A stretch of DNA of 64,000 nucleotides from Poseidonia sp. (GTDB lineage Archaea > Thermoplasmatota > Poseidoniia > Poseidoniales > Poseidoniaceae): positions 972-64,971 of the forward strand of contig JAUREO010000003.1 of the NCBI GenBank assembly GCA_030827365.1. The letters are read 5' to 3'. Position 1 is the first letter of the stretch; every line of letters begins with the position of its first letter. Under the pieces are notes generated by a model. The model was not told the origin of the DNA, made no database searches, and was given only the letters and a program-made list of their open reading frames with translations. This document shows, piece after piece, positions 10,594 through 21,253 of this stretch. Made by a program: the position numbers and the translations under genes.

Positions 10594-13500
10594 TGTTCTT
10601 CACCGCCTTGCTTTGGATGTGGTGGCCGATACGGTACTTCGGGAAGCAACCCCTTTGGATTGTATCGTAGTGAAAAGACGAGCAATAAACCAACAAGCAG
10701 GACTTTGACGTACGCCATTCCTGCTCGGATTTGTAGGTCTTGGCCAATCATGAACACCTCATCGATTGAGCGTTGGTCAAAGAAAAGAGTTGCGAGTGCA
10801 AAGATGACACTAAACCAAAGGAATGTTTCGCGAAGGGGTATGATTCTGAAGAGGTAAGCAATAGCCATGATGACAAAGCAAACCCACATCATCAACATTG
10901 TTTCAGTAACGAAGAGATTGAACCAATTATCGATTAAATCAGCTGTTTCATGAAGGGGTAGGTCACTACTTCCTTGTGCTGCAACGAGAACGTTGAAAAC
11001 GAATTCCATCAAAACGATGATGCTTGCTCCGATGAGCATACCTCGATTGTTTCCTACGCCTCCAATGATGAATGCAGCCCATACGAGGAAGGTTGTTTTG
11101 GAAGGAGACATGAATGAAGGTTGGAAACCATTGAGCTTCCATGCCCAAAGTGCACCTGCGAATGCCGCAATTGACGCACCAAGTGCGAGGCTTGCTGCTT
11201 TGTGTCGTAAAATATCGTGACCATGATGTTGAGCTACCATTTCATCTTCTCGAATCGAACGCAAAATTCGACCCCAAGGGGATGCAAGAACGGTATTGAG
11301 CAACCACCAGGTGACGGCAAGCCCAAGGATTCCAATGGTTGCAAGAACGAACATGTACGGTGCTGGTTCCCCAAGGCCGAGCAGATCGCCAACCGATTCA
11401 GCCATACTTCCCATTCCTTCTGTGTTTGAACATGCAATGGGTGAAAGCGGATTTCCGTTGGCATCAAGAGGAGTCGTGGAACCGCAAAACCACCACTCTT
11501 GGAATGGAAGTTTATACCTTGAAATGCCCACAGCACTACCCCAAGAACCTGCTCGAAGAAGAGGCTCACCGCTCAATAGAACCCGTACAATTTCTCCAAG
11601 TGAAATGGTGATGATCGCAAAATAATCACTGCGTAATCGAGCTGTCGGATAGGCAAGGAACCAACCTGCGATCGCACCAATAATCATGGCGAACAGAAGT
11701 GCATAACCAATGGGCCAATCGTAGCCATGCAATTCTTTGGGAGCTGTGAGTAATCCAACGGTAATCGCTCCAATTGAAGCAAAGAAAATGACACCGAAAT
11801 TGAGTTGACCTGTAATTCCTGTATGCAGATTAAGCGACATGGCAAGAATTGCAAAAATAGAAAGAGTGACAAGCACGTTTGAGACTTGTAAGGTCTTGAC
11901 AAAGGCTGACTTATCGGACTCCGCAACAGGAAGCCAATTGATGAATGCAAGCATGAGGATGGCAAGGAGACCAAATAGAATCCACGAACCTTTTTCACTT
12001 TCTCGACCATATGGAATACGTAATCGATTGAGTTCTTTCTTCCATCTCGGCGATTCTGTCTTTGATGTGAAAAATCCACTCATCTTCAACCAGAGGGTTG
12101 TTCCAATCTTTTGAGAAACTTGACTTGCCTTTCGGGAAATGTTGTCGGCATATTCAGATATGTTTATCCATTGTTTTTCAATACGTCCAGAAAGAGAACT
12201 CAGTGTCAGTGCTAACGATGCCGTAAGGGATTCAAATCGATTGCTTTTCTTCATTTCTTTATCCTGTAAGATGAAGAACCCTTCTCTCCATGCGAAGAGA
12301 TAGAGCAAAATCGGAACGGCTGGCCAAAGAAGCAGTCCGATGTTCGAAAGGATAGCAACAAGTAATTCTTCACCGTGCATTAGGAACAACCATTGTTCTT
12401 GCTGGGCTGAGGAAAATGTACTCGGTGCGTGTTTCAAAGCAATGGCTGAATCACCACCTGTGATAAGATTGAAGATGGACCTATTCGCTATGGAATGGTC
12501 GCGAACAAAGTTGCTAAATTTGTACAGCACGTAAGCGATGAATGTTGACAACAAATACAACTGACCTCGTAATGAATTTCGCATGCTGAAATGTTGGATA
12601 CCTGTGGGAGCAAAGAAGATGCCAAGTAATGCTGAACGCTTTTGGTTCGGAGTGAATTCCTTTTCAGCTCGAGTTCGTATTCGTTTTATGTTCCATTGGT
12701 CAAAGGCATCACCGATGCCTTTTGGCATGATGAGCAGTATGGCAATAATCAGAACATATGGCATGACCTCAGCGAGATTTGAATAGTTTGACCGTTCAAG
12801 TGGGGCACCAATGCCCATGAGAATTGGAGAAGAAACTGAACGAACAAATCCAATGATAATGGCTCCAACGATGGCTCCTGGGACTGAACCTATTGTTCCA
12901 AGGACAATAACGGCAAATGCTGGCAACAGCAATGTGAATCCTGTTTCGGGGCTAAACCGAATAGTCATTGCAAAAATTGCACCACCTATTCCCGAAATTC
13001 CAGCTGATAGAAACGCACTGGTCATATGTACTCGTTCAACATTAATTCCACAACTTGCAGCGAGTTCGGGGTTATCTGCAACGGCCCTCATTCTTCTGCC
13101 AAGTCGGGTTTTGGTAAGGAGGAGCAGGAGCAGGCCCACAGAAGCGAAGATCACAAATGGCATGGCTGCACTGTAATAGGTGTAATTCGAAGTGAGGTCG
13201 GTGACGCAATCGCTACCAACAGAGTACATATCCACGAGGGGCTTTGTTCCATTCGTGGTTATTTGGTCGTAAACGGGTGCACCATCGACGACGCCGACTT
13301 GCTCGCAACTGCCATAGGTGTATGTGGAGCCCTCAGCGACAGCCCTGTCGCCCAAATTTAGTTTTGTTACAACGGTTGGTGCTTCAAACCGTTGCTCAGA
13401 GGGTATACGCCAATCGACATCAGGCTCAAACAACTTTGTTCCCGCTCCAAACCTTAGATACACAATGGCACGAAGAACCAGGGCGACACCGAGAGATGCG

Positions 13501-14207
13501 ATCATCATAACATCAGGCGAGGACTTTCGTTCACGAAAGCCACGAAACACCAATCTGTCAATGACGATTCCAGCAATACCTGTGAGGATGAAAGCACCAA
13601 TCAATGTCCAAACGAGAACAGACCATATCAATACACCATCCTTTGGAGTGGCATGAAGAGGAAAAAAGAAGTCCATCCACATCATCATGATGGCAACATA
13701 CATTCCGAGCATGAAAAATTCACTTTGAGCAAAATTACCGTATCTTTGAACGCTGTAGGTCAGGGTACAACCCACGGCTATCGCCAAATAAGTCGATGAC
13801 CATGTGAGCGTGCCAAATCCAATCGACGTCAAATTGAAACTAATTTGGCTACTCGTATTAAGACCAAGGAGGAGTAATTCGATGGTAATGAGCACCACGA
13901 TGAGCAAAAAAAGTGGAGATGATGCCATCATAACTGTTCGGGGCCATCCTGGTTTGATATCATCAAACACAACTTTGACAAGCAAGAAACCCATCGAAAT
14001 CAGTTGAAGAGATTGGGAGAGCCAAACCATATCGTCAGGAATGTTTCCACCGAGTGTGGCATCAATTCCGTTTGAGACTCCAAATTGATAGAGTAAGCCT
14101 AAAACAGCATCGAACGCTACGATGAATGCAATCAACAATCGTCTTTTGATACGAGGCATTTCCCTCCAACGAAATCGAAGAGAATCAGAGAATTCTTGAA
14201 TTCGCAT
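10590..14207 (-). CDS. Fused LivH-LivM branched-chain amino acid ABC permease with extra membrane domains
   Basis: LivH-like half ('NFAQSEF', 'TRLGRRMRAVADNPELAASCGIN') and LivM-like half ('LNLHTGITGQLNFG', 'RLRSDYFAIIT', 'SPWGRILRSIREDE') in one 1205-aa ORF. Confidence 0.9.
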   Translation of the reverse strand: MRIQEFSDSLRFRWREMPRIKRRLLIAFIVAFDAVLGLLYQFGVSNGIDATLGGNIPDDMVWLSQSLQLISMGFLLVKVVFDDIKPGWPRTVMMASSPLFLLIVVLITIELLLLGLNTSSQISFNLTSIGFGTLTWSSTYLAIAVGCTLTYSVQRYGNFAQSEFFMLGMYVAIMMMWMDFFFPLHATPKDGVLIWSVLVWTLIGAFILTGIAGIVIDRLVFRGFRERKSSPDVMMIASLGVALVLRAIVYLRFGAGTKLFEPDVDWRIPSEQRFEAPTVVTKLNLGDRAVAEGSTYTYGSCEQVGVVDGAPVYDQITTNGTKPLVDMYSVGSDCVTDLTSNYTYYSAAMPFVIFASVGLLLLLLTKTRLGRRMRAVADNPELAASCGINVERVHMTSAFLSAGISGIGGAIFAMTIRFSPETGFTLLLPAFAVIVLGTIGSVPGAIVGAIIIGFVRSVSSPILMGIGAPLERSNYSNLAEVMPYVLIIAILLIMPKGIGDAFDQWNIKRIRTRAEKEFTPNQKRSALLGIFFAPTGIQHFSMRNSLRGQLYLLSTFIAYVLYKFSNFVRDHSIANRSIFNLITGGDSAIALKHAPSTFSSAQQEQWLFLMHGEELLVAILSNIGLLLWPAVPILLYLFAWREGFFILQDKEMKKSNRFESLTASLALTLSSLSGRIEKQWINISEYADNISRKASQVSQKIGTTLWLKMSGFFTSKTESPRWKKELNRLRIPYGRESEKGSWILFGLLAILMLAFINWLPVAESDKSAFVKTLQVSNVLVTLSIFAILAMSLNLHTGITGQLNFGVIFFASIGAITVGLLTAPKELHGYDWPIGYALLFAMIIGAIAGWFLAYPTARLRSDYFAIITISLGEIVRVLLSGEPLLRAGSWGSAVGISRYKLPFQEWWFCGSTTPLDANGNPLSPIACSNTEGMGSMAESVGDLLGLGEPAPYMFVLATIGILGLAVTWWLLNTVLASPWGRILRSIREDEMVAQHHGHDILRHKAASLALGASIAAFAGALWAWKLNGFQPSFMSPSKTTFLVWAAFIIGGVGNNRGMLIGASIIVLMEFVFNVLVAAQGSSDLPLHETADLIDNWFNLFVTETMLMMWVCFVIMAIAYLFRIIPLRETFLWFSVIFALATLFFDQRSIDEVFMIGQDLQIRAGMAYVKVLLVGLLLVFSLRYNPKGLLPEVPYRPPHPKQGGEEQ

Positions 14208-14399
14208 GCATCATCGCCTCGATCATCAGGAGCACACAGCAAAAAGTTGAAACGAATTTGACCCAATCAAGCAGATGTGGGTGCCTCGCATACTTTTTGC
14301 TCCTGCTCAAAAATTTGGAATCTGTATCAAATACCTTTCCATATCATGCCTTACTAAATTCAAGTTATAGATGTTTGGCCTATCAAACTGGCTTTTGCG

Positions 14400-15365
14400 T
14401 CACTCGTTTTTGGTGTGAGGACCGGTCATCGGACCCAATGGAATAATGCGGTAAGGATTGAGATTGGTGTGGGACCAAAAATAATGAGATTTGATATGAT
14501 TCCAATCACATGTCGATTCAACACCATCAAGACTCAAAAATCGATTAACAAATCCTGTGAGATTTGGATAATCAAGAATTCGTTTCAAGTTACATTTGAA
14601 ATGAACCACATAGACCAAATCAAATCGAACCAAGGTTGTGAAAAGGCACACGTCGGCTTCGGTTAATGTCCCTTGACCTTGGCCTACAAGCCACATTCGG
14701 CCCTCCAGATGGGTTTCAAGTTCGTCCAATCGATTGAAAAGTGATACGACGGCTTCTTCGTATGCATCTTGCGTTCTTGCAAAGCCAGATTTGTACACTC
14801 CATTGTTGACCGTTTCATAATTTGCATCGATCATAGCGTCAATTTCTTCCCTCAATTCATTTGGTGCTAAGTTCATTCCACTTGGAGAACGAAGATGATC
14901 AAAACTTTCCGACAGCATTCGAATAATTTCACGTGATTCGTTGTTGACAATCGTCTGCAATTTTTTGTCCCATAGAACGGGAACAGTTCCAATCTTTCCA
15001 TTTCGCCCCCAATTCTCGTCGGCTTTTTGATAAATCTCTTCGAGAGTACGACTGCCATACATTGAATCCTTTGTTGCCCCAGGTTCATCTGGATTAAACG
15101 ACCATGAACCATCATGGTTCATTCGCCAATCCACAACATCAACTGTGATGTGAGATTCAAGCCCCATGATGGTACGAGCAAGTAACGTGCGGTGTGCCCA
15201 AGGGCAAGCATGAGAGATATACAGGTGATAACGATTTGACTCAGGGATAAATGGGCCATTGAATGAAAACACATCTCGAAATTCGCTCGATTTACGCACG
15301 AATTTTCCTTGATTAAATGCCGATGTCCAAGCACTTGCTTGTTCACGCTCTTGACTCACGGTCAT
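14400..15365 (-). CDS. Glutathionyl-hydroquinone reductase (GST omega/Xi class, YqjG-like)
   Basis: 'RYHLYISHACPWAHRT', 'TVPVLWD', 'VNNESREI', 'NNGVYKSGFA'. Confidence 0.93.
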   Translation of the reverse strand: MTVSQEREQASAWTSAFNQGKFVRKSSEFRDVFSFNGPFIPESNRYHLYISHACPWAHRTLLARTIMGLESHITVDVVDWRMNHDGSWSFNPDEPGATKDSMYGSRTLEEIYQKADENWGRNGKIGTVPVLWDKKLQTIVNNESREIIRMLSESFDHLRSPSGMNLAPNELREEIDAMIDANYETVNNGVYKSGFARTQDAYEEAVVSLFNRLDELETHLEGRMWLVGQGQGTLTEADVCLFTTLVRFDLVYVVHFKCNLKRILDYPNLTGFVNRFLSLDGVESTCDWNHIKSHYFWSHTNLNPYRIIPLGPMTGPHTKNE

Positions 15366-15368
15366 CCC

Positions 15369-16220
15369 TCATGCAAGTGTGCCATTGTTATAGTCGCCAA
15401 TCGCTTGCATAATCTCTTCCCTTGTGTTCATGACAAATGGACCGTATCGTGCAATAGGTTCGTTAATTTCTGGACCGCCGAGTATCAAGTATTCTGCACC
15501 ATTGGCTCCTGCCTCAAGGGTGAGCGACTCACCGGGGCTACTCAATCCTAATTCACCATCTTGAACTGATTTTTGTCCGATATTCACGCTACCTCCAAAC
15601 GCATACACCATGATGTTGTGGTCTTGTTCACATTCATGCGTGTAGATTGCACCGGGCTTAAGCCTCATGTGAATGTAGGTGATGGGGATGACGGTATCGA
15701 TGATGGCTTCTGCGCCTAAGGCCTTACCTGCTATCACTTTCGCCCAAATCAATTTGTCTTCAGACTCAACGATTGGTAATGCCTCGCTCATGATGTCTTG
15801 ATAACGTGGTGCCATCATCTTGTCCTTTGCAGGTAGGTTGACCCAAATTTGGAATCCATGCATGAGTCCGCCCGATTCATAAAAATCAGGATGAGGTAAT
15901 TCTGAGTGAATGACGCCCCTGCCAGCGGTCATCCATTGAACATCACCGGGGTTGAGGTCGCCCTTATTGCCCGCTGAGTCGGCGTGTTGCATGCAACCGC
16001 TAAGCATGTACGTAACGGTCTCAAAACCGCGATGTGGGTGGTCGGGTGCACCAATGGCTTCGCGAGGCCCGTAATTGACTGGACCCATTTCGTCGAGAAG
16101 AAGAAAAGGACTCATTAAACGACCCATGGCAACTGGTCTACGGACTTTGAAGCCTCCTCCTTCGAGAACAACATGCGTGGGTACAATGGATTTAATGTGT
16201 CGGACATTTGTGGACATCAT
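15369..16220 (-). CDS. Pirin family protein
   Basis: 'PFLLLD', 'HPHRGFETVTY', 'QWMTAGRGVIHSE', 'GPFVMNT'. Confidence 0.95.
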   Translation of the reverse strand: MMSTNVRHIKSIVPTHVVLEGGGFKVRRPVAMGRLMSPFLLLDEMGPVNYGPREAIGAPDHPHRGFETVTYMLSGCMQHADSAGNKGDLNPGDVQWMTAGRGVIHSELPHPDFYESGGLMHGFQIWVNLPAKDKMMAPRYQDIMSEALPIVESEDKLIWAKVIAGKALGAEAIIDTVIPITYIHMRLKPGAIYTHECEQDHNIMVYAFGGSVNIGQKSVQDGELGLSSPGESLTLEAGANGAEYLILGGPEINEPIARYGPFVMNTREEIMQAIGDYNNGTLA

Positions 16221-16714
16221 GACATCAACTCCCTAATTATCTCCAATATTGAGTCGGGGTTTTTAGGCCGATTTTTGTTGACGATTAATGACCTACCAAG
16301 GACGGTGCAACCCAAATGAGCAAATTGGAGTCGCATTGCAACAATACAGGTTTGACCTCCGCCACCCGAGACACTTGCAAGTGCAACCCTTCGAAATCGG
16401 AACAGCCGCCGAAAATCGTCGCCCTCCCTTGAAAGCCATGCGATCATGTTGTTGAGCACCGGTGGGATTGAACCGTTGTATTCTGGGGCACAGACAATCC
16501 AACCATCTGAATCGTCAAGTGTATTCATTAACGCTTTGAGCCCTTGAATTTCTTGATGAGCATCATCAGCCGCTGGCGTATACATCGGTAATTCAAGGCC
16601 GCAAATATCTAGCAAGGTGGTTTCATGACCTTCGTTATCGGCTAATTCAGCGAATGATTTCGCTAAATCAGCATTTTTTCCGGTCGACGCAAACATCGCC
16701 ACAATCTTCCCCAT
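16217..16714 (-). CDS. NADPH-dependent FMN reductase / chromate reductase-like flavoprotein
   Basis: 'PEYNGSIPPVLNNMIAWLSR', 'SVSGGGG'. Confidence 0.9.
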   Translation of the reverse strand: MGKIVAMFASTGKNADLAKSFAELADNEGHETTLLDICGLELPMYTPAADDAHQEIQGLKALMNTLDDSDGWIVCAPEYNGSIPPVLNNMIAWLSREGDDFRRLFRFRRVALASVSGGGGQTCIVAMRLQFAHLGCTVLGRSLIVNKNRPKNPDSILEIIRELMS

Positions 16715-16826
16715 AGTTTCTTGAGTTCGTTCCTCGTTTATGTCATGTCGTTTTTCAAATGTTGAACAGAGTTGAATATTTTGACATTCACATCATGTTT
16801 ATGAATATCGAGTTCTTGAAAAGTTC

Positions 16827-17102
16827 ATGGTCGATTCGGTTATTCTCACGCATGCAGACAATGCAGAAACCGACTTTCTTATCTATACTGGAAATTTCTG
16901 TGGTTATTGTCAAGCACTCAAGCGATTGCTTGAACGTCATCAATTCTCTTACATTGAATACAACTTTGATCAGTACCCTGGACTTAGAGAACAAGTTGTT
17001 GGAGAAACTGGTCATCGAACCGTTCCTGTCGTGTTTGATTTGAGGTCGGGTGAACCAAAGTTTATCGGTGGATTTGACCAAACGAACGCTATGCTTCGCT
17101 GA
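16827..17102 (+). CDS. Glutaredoxin
   Basis: CGYC active site, 'GHRTVPVVF', 'FIGGFD'. Confidence 0.9.
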   Translation: MVDSVILTHADNAETDFLIYTGNFCGYCQALKRLLERHQFSYIEYNFDQYPGLREQVVGETGHRTVPVVFDLRSGEPKFIGGFDQTNAMLR

Positions 17103-17697
17103 AAGTTTCAAGCCATTCTTTGAGTGCATCATGATATTCAATTGGAATCATATGACCTTTTGAGTGTTCGACCAATTCAACAGCCCAACCTGCAGCCTCA
17201 AACAGATGAGCTATCGCCCAACCATCTTCAATCGGAACTCGTAAATCTTTCTCTCCGTGCATCCAAAAAAGTTTCTTGGGCTCGAGATCTTCAAGCCTCA
17301 TTCGAAGTTCAAGCGGTCGAATAAGTCTTGATGCCATACAAATGACGCCCGCAATTCTATCCCCAATAGGCAAATGTAGCAATTCTTGAGCCATCGCCCC
17401 GCCTTGAGAAAATCCACCAACGACCAAGGGACCCGAATCTGCTTGTTCTGAAATGATCTGTTCGAGATGGCTTAGACTTGAGTCGACATCGATGTATTCC
17501 CTTCTAGTCAATTGTTGCCGTCTCGGTGCATCGGGATCTTCCACCTCATACCTCCACCATGTATGTCCTCGCTTAGGATGGATAAACCGTGCCTCTGGTA
17601 CGACAAGCGTCCAACCCTCAGGAACGACTTTCTGGGCAAATGGCCTCATCATCTCGGCTGTGCCCGTCATGCCGTGCATCAAAATGAGTGTCGGCAT
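17089..17697 (-). CDS. Alpha/beta hydrolase (phospholipase/carboxylesterase)
   Basis: HG oxyanion motif, GFSQG nucleophile elbow, HGEKD, GH. Confidence 0.9.
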   Translation of the reverse strand: MPTLILMHGMTGTAEMMRPFAQKVVPEGWTLVVPEARFIHPKRGHTWWRYEVEDPDAPRRQQLTRREYIDVDSSLSHLEQIISEQADSGPLVVGGFSQGGAMAQELLHLPIGDRIAGVICMASRLIRPLELRMRLEDLEPKKLFWMHGEKDLRVPIEDGWAIAHLFEAAGWAVELVEHSKGHMIPIEYHDALKEWLETFSEA

Positions 17698-17706
17698 GTG
17701 TCCACC

Positions 17707-18651
17707 TCATAGTGTCCAATGAAATGATAACGCCCCCGCAACTCGAAGATGTAGATTGGATTCTGCACCTCGAAGTTGAACCGTAAGCGTGTATTCTCCG
17801 GTGATGGAGGGAATGGTACCAATAGCTCCCTGCTCTGTTGCACCTGAACCCCAAGCGCGAAGCAGGGGGGATGCACCTGTTCTATCCTTCATTGCAAGGC
17901 TGCCTTGACCGCCATTTGAAATTCGTGCATCGATATACCATACGAGCACATCCCACTCCGAACCATCTGGATGTCCTGAATCAAAAAATGAATCATACAC
18001 GTCTTGGTCATTGGAATCATAAGTCGAATCGAGCAAGTCTCGAGCACGGTAAAAGAAAATATCGCCATTGTATCCGCTTTTTACTTCACTGACAACCATT
18101 TTGAGTTGAGATTCTCCTTCATCATTTACCCATTCAAATGTCGTCAAGAATTGGATGGTTGAACTAAATGTATATTTCAGCACATGGCCTGAAGAAGATG
18201 TTGCTTCAACACGGATTTCCTTGTCATAAATTGAGACCACTTCAGAAGTCCAATCTTCGCCGAAGAGACTGAATGACCATGTTGTATCGTACTCCCATGG
18301 GAAGGAGAAGACAGACTGGACCTCCCCTTGCTCGTAGACGCCTAAGGTCTGCTGATTGATTCGTCCGAGGAAAGGGTTGTGATTGATGACAGCGTGTCTT
18401 TGAGCTTCTCGCTCTGATGAGATACCGACGATGTAGTTGCCTTCACCATCGTCCTCTTCGGCTACGACGAGTCGTGCCGTGTCCTGTCCAAATTGTGGTG
18501 TTGTGAACGTAAAGACCCAAGAATCGCCCACTTCCCATGAAGGAAGAAGTAAATCTCCATCTTCAGTGGTGCCCATATATGTTGTATTATCCTCCACACA
18601 ACCTGCAAGCAAAGCGAGCAGCATCATGAGTGTCAAGAGTTGGACTCGCAC
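17707..18651 (-). CDS. Hypothetical lipoprotein
   Basis: Lipobox-like 'LLALLAGC', 'PSWEVGDSWVF' motif; GTG start. Confidence 0.75.
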   Translation of the reverse strand: MRVQLLTLMMLLALLAGCVEDNTTYMGTTEDGDLLLPSWEVGDSWVFTFTTPQFGQDTARLVVAEEDDGEGNYIVGISSEREAQRHAVINHNPFLGRINQQTLGVYEQGEVQSVFSFPWEYDTTWSFSLFGEDWTSEVVSIYDKEIRVEATSSSGHVLKYTFSSTIQFLTTFEWVNDEGESQLKMVVSEVKSGYNGDIFFYRARDLLDSTYDSNDQDVYDSFFDSGHPDGSEWDVLVWYIDARISNGGQGSLAMKDRTGASPLLRAWGSGATEQGAIGTIPSITGEYTLTVQLRGAESNLHLRVAGALSFHWTL

Positions 18652-18714
18652 AACAAGGCCTCGTGTACGCCTCTTGAAAGGCTAACGCTCCACAGTTTCA
18701 CTTTCTATGAGAAC

Positions 18715-20766
18715 TCAAAGGAGGCTTGTTCCTGCAAGAACCACTGCAACAATGGACATCAATTTGATGAGAATGTTGAGTGATGGTCCTGAAGTGTCTT
18801 TGAATGGGTCGCCAATGGTGTCACCAATCACTGCAGCACCGTGGGCGTCATCGTTCTTCTTTGCTCCTTCAATATGTCCTTGTTCAATGGCTTTCTTTGC
18901 ATTGTCCCAAGCACCACCTGCGTTTGCCATGAAGAGTGCAAGAAGGACGCCGGTTACGAGGGCTCCTGCAAGGAGTCCTCCGAGTGCTTCAGCACCCAAG
19001 GCGACACCGACGATGACTGGGGCGAGCACAGCGACAACGGACGGACCGACCATTTCTTTGAGGGCGGCCTTTGTTGAAATGTCAACACATGTTGCTGAGT
19101 CAGGCTTAACCCCTTCCTTTCCTTCGAGAAGACCATCAATTTCACGGAATTGGCGTCGAATTTCTTCCACCATCTGGCCTGCTGCCTTTCCAACTGAATC
19201 CATGGTCATTGCAGCGACGAGGAATGGTAAGCCACCACCGATCAGTAAGCCGATAACCACATTCGGGTCTTTGAGTGAAAGTGCTAAACCGCCGACTGCC
19301 GTGGAGTACGCAGCAAAGAGAGCAAGTGCAGTGAGGGCTGCTGAGCCGATTGCGAATCCTTTTCCAACAGCAGCTGTAGTGTTTCCAATTGAGTCGAGAG
19401 CATCTGTGATATCTCGAACTTCCTTTCCGAGTCCACCCATTTCTGCAATGCCACCTGCATTGTCTGCAACTGGTCCGTATGCATCAACGGTCATTGTCAC
19501 ACCAACGGTTGCAAGCATGCCCATAGCAGCCATTGCAATCCCGTAGAGTCCCATGTCGCCTCCGCCCATGAATTCATTTGCACCGTAAATACCAGCTGCA
19601 ATGAGGAGGATAGGAATGAATGTTGACATCATACCAACGGACAAACCAGCAATGGCATTGGTTGCAGGTCCTTGCTTGGACATTTCACCAATCTTTTGAA
19701 TAGCACGTGTTTTGATACCGAAAACGGGCTCGATACCTGTGTAGTATTCGGTGACAAGACCGATGAGGATGCCAAGCACAGAACCGAGAACGACCGAATG
19801 CATAACAGCCATTTCGACATTGATGAGCCCCATTTCAATGGCTCCATATCCTCCAATCCAAAACAGAAGTGCACCAATGAAGGTGGTGTTTCGCAATGCT
19901 GCTGCTGGGTCTTTGCCATTCTTGAGGAGAGCCATTGAGAATACACCAACGATTGATGCAAGGTATCCAATAAGACCTAGAAGGATTGGCATGAGGACAT
20001 AATCCGATGTGAAAGCCCCCGACTTTGAAGTGTCTGCAATCACCATTGCGGCAATGATTGAGCCAACAAATGACTCGAAAATATCAGCACCCATACCGGC
20101 TACGTCACCAACGTTGTCACCAACGTTGTCTGCGATAACACCTGGGTTTCGTGGGTCATCTTCTGGAATGCCCGCCTCAACTTTTCCAACAAGGTCTGCA
20201 CCGACATCGGCTGCTTTGGTATAAATTCCACCACCGACACGAGCAAACAGAGCAATAGACGATGCACCCATTCCAAAACCTGCTGCTGCTTCAATGGTTG
20301 AACTATCAGTGCCTGCACCGAGCCAAAATGCGATGAGTGAAATGCCAAGAAGACCAAGTCCGCCAACAGAAAGTCCCATGACCGCTCCGCCGTTGTATGA
20401 AACAGCGAGGGCGGCAGGTTGACCACCAGTCTTTGCTGCCATGGCCGTTCGGCCGTTCGCAGAGGTCGCTGAACGCATTCCGGAGAAACCAGCGAGCACA
20501 GATGCGATTGCACCTGCAAGGAAGGCTAATGCTGTCTCAACATCATTGAGTTGAGAAAGTCCAGTTGCAACAATGAGGACAAAGACTGCGAGAATCTTAT
20601 ATTCCGCTGTCAAAAACGCCATAGCACCTTTCCGGATTTCTTCGGTAATTTCTGCTACAGTTTCATTCTCAATTTTGATACTGTTGTTTTTCTTGTACAG
20701 CATGAACGCAATGAGAAGACCTACGACTGCAATGCCTGCTGATATTTCTGGTATATTTTCCATCAT
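18715..20766 (-). CDS. hppA: Membrane-bound ion-translocating pyrophosphatase, K+-dependent, probably Na+-pumping
   Basis: '[19 protein letters not shown]', 'DNVGDNVGD', 'GNTTAA', '[14 protein letters not shown]'. Confidence 0.96.
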   Translation of the reverse strand: MMENIPEISAGIAVVGLLIAFMLYKKNNSIKIENETVAEITEEIRKGAMAFLTAEYKILAVFVLIVATGLSQLNDVETALAFLAGAIASVLAGFSGMRSATSANGRTAMAAKTGGQPAALAVSYNGGAVMGLSVGGLGLLGISLIAFWLGAGTDSSTIEAAAGFGMGASSIALFARVGGGIYTKAADVGADLVGKVEAGIPEDDPRNPGVIADNVGDNVGDVAGMGADIFESFVGSIIAAMVIADTSKSGAFTSDYVLMPILLGLIGYLASIVGVFSMALLKNGKDPAAALRNTTFIGALLFWIGGYGAIEMGLINVEMAVMHSVVLGSVLGILIGLVTEYYTGIEPVFGIKTRAIQKIGEMSKQGPATNAIAGLSVGMMSTFIPILLIAAGIYGANEFMGGGDMGLYGIAMAAMGMLATVGVTMTVDAYGPVADNAGGIAEMGGLGKEVRDITDALDSIGNTTAAVGKGFAIGSAALTALALFAAYSTAVGGLALSLKDPNVVIGLLIGGGLPFLVAAMTMDSVGKAAGQMVEEIRRQFREIDGLLEGKEGVKPDSATCVDISTKAALKEMVGPSVVAVLAPVIVGVALGAEALGGLLAGALVTGVLLALFMANAGGAWDNAKKAIEQGHIEGAKKNDDAHGAAVIGDTIGDPFKDTSGPSLNILIKLMSIVAVVLAGTSLL

Positions 20767-20920
20767 GTACAACACCTATTACCGACGGCGACCTAGAAAC
20801 CCTTCATAAGTATCACGCAGATAATCGCGAACAATATTCAGTTTATCTCATACATTTCAATTCACGAAGCCCAAGTGAGAATCAAATTGTTCAAAGAGGG
20901 GGGGCTTGTGGCTTTGAATC

Positions 20921-21250
20921 ATGGGCATTTCAGCCGACGAAGTTCTTGAAAAAATTGGCTCGGTCCAAGAGATTCTTGACGCCCATGACGGGGTTGTCAA
21001 TGTCGTCGACACGACCGACGGTAACATCATGATCTCCCTTGAAGGTGGATGCACAGGTTGTTCCTCCACCCCGATGACCGCCATGCAAATTTACTATTCT
21101 CTGAAGAAACTCCCCGAAGTCAACGATGTGATTTTCATCAACGGCGAATTACCAGAATACATGCGTTCATTTATCGATGATAAAATGAGGAAAGAAGCCG
21201 AAGAACAAAACAACGGAGACGATTCAGAACCACAAGGAGAAATTGTTTGA
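20921..21250 (+). CDS. NifU/Nfu-like Fe-S cluster carrier
   Basis: 'LDAHDG...LEGGCTGCSS', matching the Nfu CxxC domain. Confidence 0.8.
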   Translation: MGISADEVLEKIGSVQEILDAHDGVVNVVDTTDGNIMISLEGGCTGCSSTPMTAMQIYYSLKKLPEVNDVIFINGELPEYMRSFIDDKMRKEAEEQNNGDDSEPQGEIV

Positions 21251-21253
21251 GCC

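Noticed and set aside
18707..19546. 279-aa ORF antisense to hppA
   Set aside because: Antisense shadow of a conserved, codon-biased gene; no recognisable motifs.
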